A stretch of DNA of 64,000 nt, taken from a virus. Location: positions 1 through 64,000 of IMG/VR virus record IMGVR_UViG_3300021963_000038; one strand, written 5' to 3'. The notes under the pieces are model-generated. The model ran no database searches, was not told where the DNA came from, and was given only the letters and a program-made list of their open reading frames with translations. This document shows, piece by piece, positions 30,951 to 39,455 of the stretch. Numbering within the stretch: position 1 is the stretch's first letter; each line of letters begins with the position of its first letter. Made by a program: the position numbers and the translations under genes.

Positions 30951-31904
30951 ATGGGCGCTTCATACACAGCAGGTAAAACAACAATAGGTGCGTTTCTTAG
31001 ACCGCAAGGATATGCATTTCCTGTGGGATTAACAACTGGTGTTCCTTTATCACTTTCAGTAGACTATCTTGTTGTAGCTGGTGGCGGAGGTGGAGGTAGA
31101 CAGCGTGGCGGTGGCGGCGGAGCAGGCGGTTTTAGAACAGGCACAGGATTTTCTATAACACAAGGAACGCCATACGCTGTAACTGTTGGTGGTGGTGGTC
31201 CAGGTTCAACAGTTACAACAGCGAGAGGCACAAACGGCAATGATTCCGTTTTTTCTACCATCACATCTACTGGTGGTGGCGGTGGCGGGTCATCAATTTC
31301 AACTGCATCTTCTGCTATTTTAAGTGGCGCAAGTGGCGGGTCTGGTGGGGGCAGTGCGGCTGATTCAGCGGCAGGAACAACATCCGGTTCTGGAGGCGCA
31401 GGAAATACTCCATCTACAAGCCCAAGCCAAGGTAGCAATGGAGGCGTTTGCAACCCCGCACCCGCCTATGGTGGAGGTGGAGGTGGCGGCGCAGGTGCTG
31501 TTGGAGGAAATGGCAGCGGCAGTCATCCAAGCTCGGTTGCTGGTACTGGTGGTAATGGTGTTGCATCACCATATTCTGGTTCACCAGTAACATATGCTGG
31601 TGGAGGCGGCGGCGGTCAACAAAACAATGGCCCATTTGCTGGAGGCACTGGAGGCGGAGGCGCTGGTACTGGTGGTGTAGGCGCTGGAGGAAATGCAACT
31701 CCAAATACAGGTGGTGGCGGTGGCGGTGATGGTAATGCTGGTGTTAATGGTGGTGCCGGCGGCTCAGGTATCGTAATCATTCGTTATACAGGTTCTCAAG
31801 CTGCTGGTGGTGGTAATTACTCCTCGTCTGGTGGATATTCTATACATACCTTTCTTGGTGATGGCACTTTTAGTGCTAATAACACAGGTTACTTTGTCAA
31901 CTAA
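30951..31904 (+). CDS. Glycine-rich putative fibre tip/adhesin G7
   Basis: RPQGYAFPVGL framework. Confidence 0.75.
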   Translation: MGASYTAGKTTIGAFLRPQGYAFPVGLTTGVPLSLSVDYLVVAGGGGGGRQRGGGGGAGGFRTGTGFSITQGTPYAVTVGGGGPGSTVTTARGTNGNDSVFSTITSTGGGGGGSSISTASSAILSGASGGSGGGSAADSAAGTTSGSGGAGNTPSTSPSQGSNGGVCNPAPAYGGGGGGGAGAVGGNGSGSHPSSVAGTGGNGVASPYSGSPVTYAGGGGGGQQNNGPFAGGTGGGGAGTGGVGAGGNATPNTGGGGGGDGNAGVNGGAGGSGIVIIRYTGSQAAGGGNYSSSGGYSIHTFLGDGTFSANNTGYFVN

Positions 31905-31923
31905 ACAATAATATATTCTAAAG

Positions 31924-31948
31924 AAACCCCACTAATGTGGGGTTTTTT
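31924..31948 (+). terminator. Rho-independent terminator after the Gly-rich cluster
   Basis: AAACCCCAC-TAAT-GTGGGGTTT hairpin plus T run. Confidence 0.85.
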
Positions 31949-31972
31949 ATTGGTAACATAGTAATCAATTGG

Positions 31973-31980
31973 ACTAAATA
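31973..31980 (+). promoter_or_regulatory. Late promoter variant ACTAAATA
   Basis: Between the terminator and ORF 32004 (RBS AAGGAG); same variant precedes gp18. Confidence 0.55.
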
Positions 31981-32003
31981 TACCGTAAATTTAAGGAGAT
32001 AAC

Positions 32004-32336
32004 GTGGCAGCATTCACAGAATTGTTAATTGAACAAGGTGCAACATTTTCAACCACAGTTAATGTAGAAGATACCGCTGGTGCTGCTATAAACTTATATG
32101 GTTATTCAGCATCTTCTCAAATGCGTAAATCTTATTACGCTACATCAAACACAATAATTACTTCAACCATTACAGGCAATGCTAATGGTGAAATTACTCT
32201 TTCTATGACAGCAGCTAATACTGCTAATTTGACACCTGGCCGGCAAGTTTTTGATTTGCTTATCACCTCACCATCTTCTGTAAAAACAAGAGTTGTTGAA
32301 GGAATTATTGTAATATCGCCAGGAGTTACGCAATAA
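32004..32336 (+). CDS. Conserved small virion structural protein
   Basis: GTG start; IEQGATF..NL.GY...SQMRKSY..GEITLS..L.PGR..D..KTRVVEG..V.PGVT family of T4-like phages. Confidence 0.75.
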   Translation: MAAFTELLIEQGATFSTTVNVEDTAGAAINLYGYSASSQMRKSYYATSNTIITSTITGNANGEITLSMTAANTANLTPGRQVFDLLITSPSSVKTRVVEGIIVISPGVTQ

Positions 32337-32584
32337 TGGCAGTCAATGCTAGAATAAATTCAAGTGGTACTATTGGCCAAGTAAAGTTAACTCAGCAAAC
32401 TCGGTCAACGATTGCTGCACAGAATTTTGCACCTAAACCAAACGTATCATTAACTGAGTTGAATGATATTAATGTTTCTGGTGTTCAAGATAAACAAGTC
32501 CTTCAATTTGATTCTGCAACAGGTAAGTTTGTAGCCAATACAGTTACCGCCACAGTAGTTTCAGTTAATGGTGGTAGTTTCTAA
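32336..32584 (+). CDS. Small fibre-associated protein ending in NGGSF
   Basis: L.ELND.NV..VLQFD..TGKF fibre motif. Confidence 0.7.
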   Translation: MAVNARINSSGTIGQVKLTQQTRSTIAAQNFAPKPNVSLTELNDINVSGVQDKQVLQFDSATGKFVANTVTATVVSVNGGSF

Positions 32585-32595
32585 TTGCCCTAAAA

Positions 32596-32603
32596 CATAA
32601 ATA
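32596..32603 (+). promoter_or_regulatory. Late promoter variant CATAAATA
   Basis: Intergenic, upstream of ORF 32650. Confidence 0.6.
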
Positions 32604-32649
32604 GACTATAAAACGGATAGAAGCCTTACAATTAAAAGGATATTATTAA

Positions 32650-34293
32650 ATGGCAAATACAGTAATTCAACTAAAGTGGTCTGACGTAACATCAGCACCA
32701 ACTAGCTTAAATGTCGGTGAGGCGGCATATTCAAATACCTCACATAAGTTATACATCGGTGATACTGCTGGTAATGTATTAACTATTGGTGGTAAGTATT
32801 TTACAGACCAACAAGGTCTAATATTTACAAAAACCAACGTAGCATTTGATACTGCCAATAGTGCGGCTTCATATGCTAACGCAGCCTTTACTGCGGCTAA
32901 TACTGGTGGTGCAGGTGCTGCATATGCAAATGCGGCTTTTGCAACTGCTAACTCAGCTGCATCTTATGGTAATTCTGGTTTTGCAGTTGCCAATAGTGCA
33001 GCTTCTTATGCCAACTCATCATTTATTTTAGCTAATGGTCATTCAGGAATTATTAATTCTGCTGCATCATATGCTAACTCTGGTTTTTCTGCTGCCAATA
33101 GTGCATCAACTTATGCAAATGCGGCTTTCTTACAGGCGAATACACCAAGTTATGTATCTAACTCAGCTGCATCATATGCTAACTCAGGATTTGCGGTAGC
33201 CAATTCTGGTTCATCTTATGCAAATAGTGCTTTCACTCGTGCTAATAATAGTATCAATGCAAACACAGGCGGTACAATTACTGCCGATTTGGTTATTACT
33301 GGTAACTTAACTGTTCAAGGTAATACAACATATGTTAATACTCAAACAATCACCACACAAGATTCGTTAATTCGTCTTGCTAATAACAATACTGTTGGTG
33401 ATACAGTTGATATTGGTATTTACGGTGCATATAATCCAGGTAGTGGTGTAAAATATACTGGTCTTGTTAGACAAGCTGGTGCGAATTATTTCTTATTCCA
33501 AAATATTACTACTGACCCAACAGCAAACGTATTAGCTCCTGGGTCATTAACTGCTGCTAACACAGGCACATTGACTGCCAATTTAACTTCATATGCCGTT
33601 TCTATTAATGGTGTTGATGTTGAAACAAATGAAAATAGAATTTTCACACAAGCAAATTCTGCATATGCAACAGCCAATAGTGCAGCCAATTATGCTAATT
33701 CCGCTTTCTTGGCTGCCAACACACCAAGTTATGTAGCAAACTCAGCTGCAAGTTATGCAAATAGTGGATTCGCAGTTGCAAATAGTTCTGCAAGTTATGC
33801 TAACTCTGCATTTGGTTTAGGCAACTCTGCATTTGCAGTTGCTAATAGTGCCGCTAGTTACGCAAATAGTGGATTTGCTGTTGCTAATAGTTCTGCTTCA
33901 TATGCTAATTCTGGATTTGCAGTTGCTAACTCGGCCGCATCTTATGCTAACTCTGGATTTGCTAAAGCAAATACGGACTTCACCAACATCAGTATTAGTG
34001 CTGCTGATTATGGTTCAGCTTCAGCAGTTGCCGCATTTAAAGTTGAAGCAAATGGTCGTATCAGTTCTGCTAACTCAACTACAATTGCAATCGCAGCTTC
34101 ACAAATTACTTCTGGTACATTAGGTGTTGCACGAGGCGGTACTGGTGCTGGTACATTTACAAACAATGGTGTTTTATTGGGTCAAGGTACTAGTGCGTTT
34201 AGTACAGCATCATCTTCAACTGAAGGTCATGTATTGACTATCAATGCTTCTGGTGTTCCGACATTCTCACATTTACAAGGTGGAACATTTTAA
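32650..34293 (+). CDS. Tail fibre protein with 14-aa repeats
   Basis: MANTVIQLK..P.SL..GE N-terminal domain, ANSAASYAN repeats, GNLTVQG domain, LGVARGGTG motif; ends QGGTF. Confidence 0.8.
   Translation: MANTVIQLKWSDVTSAPTSLNVGEAAYSNTSHKLYIGDTAGNVLTIGGKYFTDQQGLIFTKTNVAFDTANSAASYANAAFTAANTGGAGAAYANAAFATANSAASYGNSGFAVANSAASYANSSFILANGHSGIINSAASYANSGFSAANSASTYANAAFLQANTPSYVSNSAASYANSGFAVANSGSSYANSAFTRANNSINANTGGTITADLVITGNLTVQGNTTYVNTQTITTQDSLIRLANNNTVGDTVDIGIYGAYNPGSGVKYTGLVRQAGANYFLFQNITTDPTANVLAPGSLTAANTGTLTANLTSYAVSINGVDVETNENRIFTQANSAYATANSAANYANSAFLAANTPSYVANSAASYANSGFAVANSSASYANSAFGLGNSAFAVANSAASYANSGFAVANSSASYANSGFAVANSAASYANSGFAKANTDFTNISISAADYGSASAVAAFKVEANGRISSANSTTIAIAASQITSGTLGVARGGTGAGTFTNNGVLLGQGTSAFSTASSSTEGHVLTINASGVPTFSHLQGGTF
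33736..33972 (+). repeat. Coding tandem array of 14-aa ANS(A/S)ASYANSGFAV units
   Basis: About five to six consecutive units in the translation. Confidence 0.85.
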
Positions 34294-34314
34294 TTATTAT
34301 GAAAAGGAATCGTT

Positions 34315-34800
34315 ATGAGTGTAGAATTTTCAAATGTATATCAAGAGGTTCTGCTTGAAAACTTAGATGTAATACTCAAGCAGAATTTTCTATTTCAAGC
34401 AAAATTAAAAATGTTTGAAAGAGAAATTGGTTTTCGTGCAGAGATGCAGGCAAAAATTGATGAGCTTACAGTAAAACACCAAGAGGCTTTGGAACAAATT
34501 GGCCAAACACAACATTATAAGGTACAAGCGGAAAGTAATGATGCAATAGTTCAAGAGAAATCTAGAATTCAATCTGCTTTAAATGATACCATGCGAGAGC
34601 TTGGTGTAACAAAAAATTCATTGGAATCAAAAGAAAAAGAAGTAGAAGAAATGAAATCTCGTATTTCGGAACTAGAAAAATTAATTCCACCCGCACCTAA
34701 AGTTGTCAAAAAAGTTACTGTAAAGACTGAAGAAAAGCCTGTTGAAATTTCTGCTACTGAAACCGATAAAATAAAGGTTGAGGTTGGCGGTACATTTTAA
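34315..34800 (+). CDS. Coiled-coil hypothetical protein ending in VGGTF
   Basis: E/K-rich heptads; possible fibre chaperone (inference). Confidence 0.7.
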   Translation: MSVEFSNVYQEVLLENLDVILKQNFLFQAKLKMFEREIGFRAEMQAKIDELTVKHQEALEQIGQTQHYKVQAESNDAIVQEKSRIQSALNDTMRELGVTKNSLESKEKEVEEMKSRISELEKLIPPAPKVVKKVTVKTEEKPVEISATETDKIKVEVGGTF

Positions 34801-35732
34801 TGGCAAACACAGTAATACAACTTAAACATTCAACCTTAACAGGTAATGTTCCGCCATCGCTTGCTAATGGTGAAATTTCCATTAACAGTCGTGATGGAAA
34901 GTTTTTCTATTCCACTCCCGCCGGTGCAATCATCACTCATTATCCTTATTTGGGACCAGCAGGTCTCAATAAGGAAGTTCAATTTAATGATTCGGGAACT
35001 CTTGGTAGCAGTTCAGGTTTAACTTTTGATAAAGCAACCGGATTACTATCTTCCACTTTATTAAAATCAACACAATCTTCTGGTGATGAAGGTGGACAAA
35101 TTGATTTAGCTTTAGCTGCAACAAACCAATCACTAAGTGGTGCAGTTGCTATTGATATATTTCAAAATAAATTAAGAATTTTTGAAACTACTGGCACCAA
35201 TCGTGGTGTCTATATTGATATAGCGAATGGTGCGTCTGCTGGAGTAGGAACAAACTTATTAGCACCAAATTCATCTACTGATGGTTGGGCAAGAGGTCAA
35301 GCTAACGCATCTTTTGCAACTGCTAATAGTGCAGCTAGTTATGCCAATTCAGCTTTTGCACAAGCAAACTCAGCGTCAGGTGCTGCAGCTGCATCTTCAT
35401 ACGCAAATTCCGCATTTGCAAAAGCCAATACCGCTCAATCAACCGCATCTAGTGCCGCTAGTGCGGCCGCAGCTGCTCAATCTACTGCGGATGCAGCGTA
35501 TAACACCAATGATTTTGCTTCAATATATACGCCAAATAATTCTGTTACTGTTACGGCATCTGCTAGAAATGATACGTTCACAATCGTTGGTGAATCTGGT
35601 GTTGCAGTTTGGGGTAATTCTGGGACTAAAACAATCGCAATAGCTGGTACTCCAGGTGCTCAAGGATTGACTGTTGATTATGGGTTTGTTGCGGATCCTT
35701 TATATTATGCCATTGATTACGGAACACTATAA
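34800..35732 (+). CDS. Tail fibre protein
   Basis: MANTVIQLKHS..P.SL.NGE start (paralog of 32650), EVQFNDSG motif, repeats; ends IDYGTL. Confidence 0.78.
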   Translation: MANTVIQLKHSTLTGNVPPSLANGEISINSRDGKFFYSTPAGAIITHYPYLGPAGLNKEVQFNDSGTLGSSSGLTFDKATGLLSSTLLKSTQSSGDEGGQIDLALAATNQSLSGAVAIDIFQNKLRIFETTGTNRGVYIDIANGASAGVGTNLLAPNSSTDGWARGQANASFATANSAASYANSAFAQANSASGAAAASSYANSAFAKANTAQSTASSAASAAAAAQSTADAAYNTNDFASIYTPNNSVTVTASARNDTFTIVGESGVAVWGNSGTKTIAIAGTPGAQGLTVDYGFVADPLYYAIDYGTL

Positions 35733-35735
35733 ATA
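35728..35735 (+). promoter_or_regulatory. T4-type late promoter TATAAATA
   Basis: Exact consensus, 6 nt upstream of ATG 35742. Confidence 0.8.
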
Positions 35736-35741
35736 ACTATT

Positions 35742-37598
35742 ATGTCAACACAAGTTCAATTTAGACGGGGCAATACATCACAGACTAGCACATTCACTGG
35801 TGCTACGGCTGAGATTACTGTTGATACCGATAAGAAAACGATAGTTGTCCATGACGGAACAACTGTTGGTGGTTTTGCTTTAGCTAGAGAAAATTCAAGT
35901 AATACTGCTGGCTCATATGCCAACTCCGCATATGCAACTGCCAACTCTGCCGCTAGTTATGCTAATGCAGCTTTCGCTGTTGCTAATTCAGATACTTCAG
36001 CCGCAAATACTGGTGCTGCCTATGCCAATTCGGCATTTGCTGTATCAAATAGTGCCGCTAGTTATGCAAATAGTGGATTTGCCGTTGCTAACTCATCAGC
36101 AAGTTATGCCAATTCAGGATTCATAACTGCTAATAGTGCTGGTGTATATGCTAATAGTGCGTTTGCTGCGGCTAATGCAGCTACTGCTACCGATGCAACA
36201 CAAAATACTAATATTACAAATGCTGGTACATATGCTAATGCTGGTTTTGCAGTAGCCAATTCAGCATCATCATATGCAAATGCGGCCTTTTTGCAGGCAA
36301 ACACACCAAGCTATACTGCTAATTCAGCTGCTAGTTATGCTAATTCAGCATTTGGTATTGCAAATAATGCCTTTACTTCAAGTAATGGTGCAATTGTTTG
36401 GTCTACTGCCAACTCTGCAGCAAGTTATGCCAATTCAGGATTCATAACTGCTAATTCAGCTGCTAGTTATGCTAATGCAGCTTTTGCTTCAGCAAATTTA
36501 ATTAATGGTGTTGACTTAACACAAAATACCAACATTTCTTCTGCTGCTTCATATGCTAACTCTGCTTTCTTACAAGCAAATACTCCTAGTAATGTATCAA
36601 ATTCAGCCGCAAGTTATGCTAACTCTGCGTTCACTAGAGCTAATAATAGTATCAACGCAAATACTGGTGGCACAATTTCTGGTGATTTAAGTATTACTGG
36701 TAATTTAACTGTAACAGGTTTAACAACTTATACAAATACTACAACTGTATTGATTGCTGATAATATTATCACACTTAATGCAGCTATTAGTCAATCAGGT
36801 CAACCAGCAGTAAATGCTGGTATTGAAATTGACCGTGGCGCACAACCAAATTCTTCATTCTTATGGATTGAAACTTCAGGCAAATGGGCGGCAAACAATG
36901 GTAACAATACAATATTCATTGCAGCTGATTCAGCAGAATCATATGCTAATGCAGCTTTTGCTTCAGCAAATTTAATTAATGGTGTTGACTTAACACAAAA
37001 TACCAATATTACAAATGCAGGCACTTATGCTAACGCAGCTTTCTTACAAGCAAACACTCCATCATATGTTGCAAATAGTGCCGCTAGTTACGCCAATTCT
37101 GGATTTGCGGTAGCGAATAGTGGCAGTTCATATGCTAACTCGGCTTTCTTAGTTGCTAATAATGGTGTTGGTATTGATGTTACACAGAATACCAATATTA
37201 CAAACGCAGGCACTTATGCTAATTCGGGATTTGCTGTTGCTAATTCTGCTGCCATTTATGCTAATTCTGCTTTCTTATCAGCAAATACTCCTAGTAATGT
37301 AGCAAACTCTGCGGCTTTGTATGCTAACTCCGCTTTCGCAGCAGCAAACAATTCATCGTCTGCCGGTTCTTACGGTAACTCTGCATTTGCTGTTGCTAAT
37401 TCATCAGCATCTTATGCAAATAGTGCTTTTGCAAAAGCTAATACAGATTTTACAAATATTTCAATAACGGATGGCACATATGGTAATTCAACATATTATC
37501 CTGTTATTACTGTTTCTGCAAATGGTAGAGTTAATGTTGTAACAACTCAAGTAGTAACTGACCCAAGTGCTATCGCATTTGCCATTGCTTTAGGATAA
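35742..37598 (+). CDS. Tail fibre protein with Mtd-N-like N-terminus and many 14-aa repeats
   Basis: VQFRRG..FTGA.AEITVDTDK..VVHDG.T.GG; AGIEIDRG domain; ends AIAFAIALG. Confidence 0.8.
   Translation: MSTQVQFRRGNTSQTSTFTGATAEITVDTDKKTIVVHDGTTVGGFALARENSSNTAGSYANSAYATANSAASYANAAFAVANSDTSAANTGAAYANSAFAVSNSAASYANSGFAVANSSASYANSGFITANSAGVYANSAFAAANAATATDATQNTNITNAGTYANAGFAVANSASSYANAAFLQANTPSYTANSAASYANSAFGIANNAFTSSNGAIVWSTANSAASYANSGFITANSAASYANAAFASANLINGVDLTQNTNISSAASYANSAFLQANTPSNVSNSAASYANSAFTRANNSINANTGGTISGDLSITGNLTVTGLTTYTNTTTVLIADNIITLNAAISQSGQPAVNAGIEIDRGAQPNSSFLWIETSGKWAANNGNNTIFIAADSAESYANAAFASANLINGVDLTQNTNITNAGTYANAAFLQANTPSYVANSAASYANSGFAVANSGSSYANSAFLVANNGVGIDVTQNTNITNAGTYANSGFAVANSAAIYANSAFLSANTPSNVANSAALYANSAFAAANNSSSAGSYGNSAFAVANSSASYANSAFAKANTDFTNISITDGTYGNSTYYPVITVSANGRVNVVTTQVVTDPSAIAFAIALG
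36468..36532 (+). repeat. 65-bp exact direct repeat (copy 2 at 36942-37006)
   Basis: TATGCTAATGCAGCTTTTGCTTCAGCAAATTTAATTAATGGTGTTGACTTAACACAAAATACCAA occurs twice, 474 bp apart and in frame. Confidence 0.9.
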
Positions 37599-37601
37599 AA
37601 T

Positions 37602-38558
37602 ATGTCAAAACCAGCAACAAGAGCACAATTTAAAACTTACTGTTTGAGAGAACTTGGTTTTCCTGTTATCGAAATAAATGTCGATGATGACCAAGTGGAA
37701 GACCGTATTGATGAAGCACTATCATTTTGGAATGACTATCATTTTGATGGTCAACAAAAAATGTATATGAAACATCAAATTACGGCAGAAGATATTAACC
37801 GCCGTTGGATTTATTGTCCTGATGCCGTATCTTTTGTAACTGGTATATTTCCATTTGACCAATCAAACGCATCTATCAATATGTTTGATTTGCGTTATCA
37901 ATTGCGTTTGCATGACCTTTATGACTTCACATCGGTATCGTATGTGTCATATGAAATTACCATGCAACACATTCGTACATTAAATTTATTGTTCTCTGGT
38001 ACACCACAATTTAGATTTAATCGCCATCAAAATAAAGTATTTCTTGATATTGATTGGACAAGAGATGTTCTTATTGGTCAATATGTAATTGTTGAATGTT
38101 ATCGAAAACTTGTACCAGATACAGTAACAATATCTGGCAAAATTACATATACGGCCAATTCAAATACCATTACAGGTTATGGTACAACATTTGACCAAGA
38201 ACTCATGGAAAATGATTTCATTACTTTAAATGGTGTTGACACAATTCAAATTTCTACAATCAACTCACCAACATCAATTACTGTTCGTGGTCCATTTGCA
38301 AATAGTGCGGCAAATACAACTGCAACAATTGCTGGTAACTCTGATGTTTGGAATGATAGATATCTAAAAAAATATGGTACTGCATTAATTAAAAGACAAT
38401 GGGGAGCTAATCTCAAAAAGTTTGCTGGTATACAAATGCCAGGTGGTGTAACTTTAAATGGTCAACAAATATATGATGAAGCCATTGCTGAGATTAAGGA
38501 ACTAGAAGAAGAAATGTATGTGGTTAATGCCTTGCCAACTGAGATAATGATGGGTTGA
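37602..38558 (+). CDS. gp13: Neck protein gp13
   Basis: YCLRELG.PVIEINVDDDQVEDRIDEAL; KRQWG.NL.KF.GIQMPGGVTLNG. Confidence 0.93.
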   Translation: MSKPATRAQFKTYCLRELGFPVIEINVDDDQVEDRIDEALSFWNDYHFDGQQKMYMKHQITAEDINRRWIYCPDAVSFVTGIFPFDQSNASINMFDLRYQLRLHDLYDFTSVSYVSYEITMQHIRTLNLLFSGTPQFRFNRHQNKVFLDIDWTRDVLIGQYVIVECYRKLVPDTVTISGKITYTANSNTITGYGTTFDQELMENDFITLNGVDTIQISTINSPTSITVRGPFANSAANTTATIAGNSDVWNDRYLKKYGTALIKRQWGANLKKFAGIQMPGGVTLNGQQIYDEAIAEIKELEEEMYVVNALPTEIMMG

Positions 38559-38564
38559 TAATGA

Positions 38565-39455
38565 ATGGCAACGAACTTTTACTTTAATCCTTTTCCGATA
38601 AATCAAATTACCAGCGAGCAATTGCTGGTGGAAGACCTCGTCATCGAGGCTATGGGTATTTACGGCATGGATGTTTATTATATGCCAAGGTCATCTGGTG
38701 ATGAAGTAGATTTGCTTTATGGTGAAGATACACTGAAACAATATACATCAGCATACCCACTTGAAATGTATCTTGAAGATGTTACTGGTATGGAAGGTGA
38801 AGGCGATTTTATGTCCAAATTTGGACTTGAGATTCGTGATGAAGTAACTCTGTTAGTTTCTCGCCGTAGATTTTTATATACTGTAAATCAAAGTCGACCA
38901 AATGAAGGTGATTTGGTTTACATTCCAATGTTACAGAATTTCTTTGAGATTACTTTTGTTGAACACGAAAATAATCAAGCAATGTATTACACATTAGGCC
39001 GTGGTCGTGGCGGTAATGTTTATGTGTATGCATTGAAAATGAAACAATGGGTATTCTCTAATGAACTTGTTCTTACAGGTAACGCAGAGATTGATGGTCA
39101 AATTAGAGATGCATACCCAAGAACAAAACTTTCTTTGGCTGCTGGTGGTTCAGGAACATTTGTACCTGACGAAATAGTTTATCAAGGTGCGAATGTTGCA
39201 ACAGCAACAGCTACTGCAACTGTTCATAATTATGTTTCAGGTTCTCAACTATTCATATATCGCACCACAGGAACATTTGCCTCATCTACTCAGGTTAAAG
39301 GCAATACAAGTGGTGCAGTATGGAATGTTAGTGCCACTTCCGACACATCTACAATGGATAATGCATTTGAAGATGTTATTGATAATAATCGTATTGAAAC
39401 TGAAGCCGATGCTGTTATTGACTTCACAGAACATAACCCATTTGGTGAAGCATAA
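38565..39455 (+). CDS. gp14: Neck protein gp14
   Basis: EQ.LVEDL..E...YG.DVYYMPR; SKFGLEIRDE; RPNEGDLVY; DFTE.NPFG. Confidence 0.93.
   Translation: MATNFYFNPFPINQITSEQLLVEDLVIEAMGIYGMDVYYMPRSSGDEVDLLYGEDTLKQYTSAYPLEMYLEDVTGMEGEGDFMSKFGLEIRDEVTLLVSRRRFLYTVNQSRPNEGDLVYIPMLQNFFEITFVEHENNQAMYYTLGRGRGGNVYVYALKMKQWVFSNELVLTGNAEIDGQIRDAYPRTKLSLAAGGSGTFVPDEIVYQGANVATATATATVHNYVSGSQLFIYRTTGTFASSTQVKGNTSGAVWNVSATSDTSTMDNAFEDVIDNNRIETEADAVIDFTEHNPFGEA

Noticed and set aside
22751-31704. Many Pro-, His- or Val-rich ORFs of 60-130 aa in alternative frames
   Set aside because: They are shadows of GGT/GGC repeats in the Gly-rich genes and lie wholly inside better-supported genes
22400-31900. Raised GC content suggesting a horizontally acquired island
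   Set aside because: Explained by glycine/alanine codons; third positions remain T/A-rich and the phage's own late promoters are present
32850-37450. ~42-nt periodic repeats resembling a CRISPR array
   Set aside because: Repeats are in-frame coding units with synonymous variation and no unique spacers; no cas genes are present
22414-37598. Diversity-generating retroelement (Mtd-N-like domain, repeated tip segments)
   Set aside because: No reverse transcriptase in the window; shared tracts are fully identical and lie in coding paralogs rather than being TR/VR pairs differing at adenines. A DGR elsewhere in the genome cannot be excluded.
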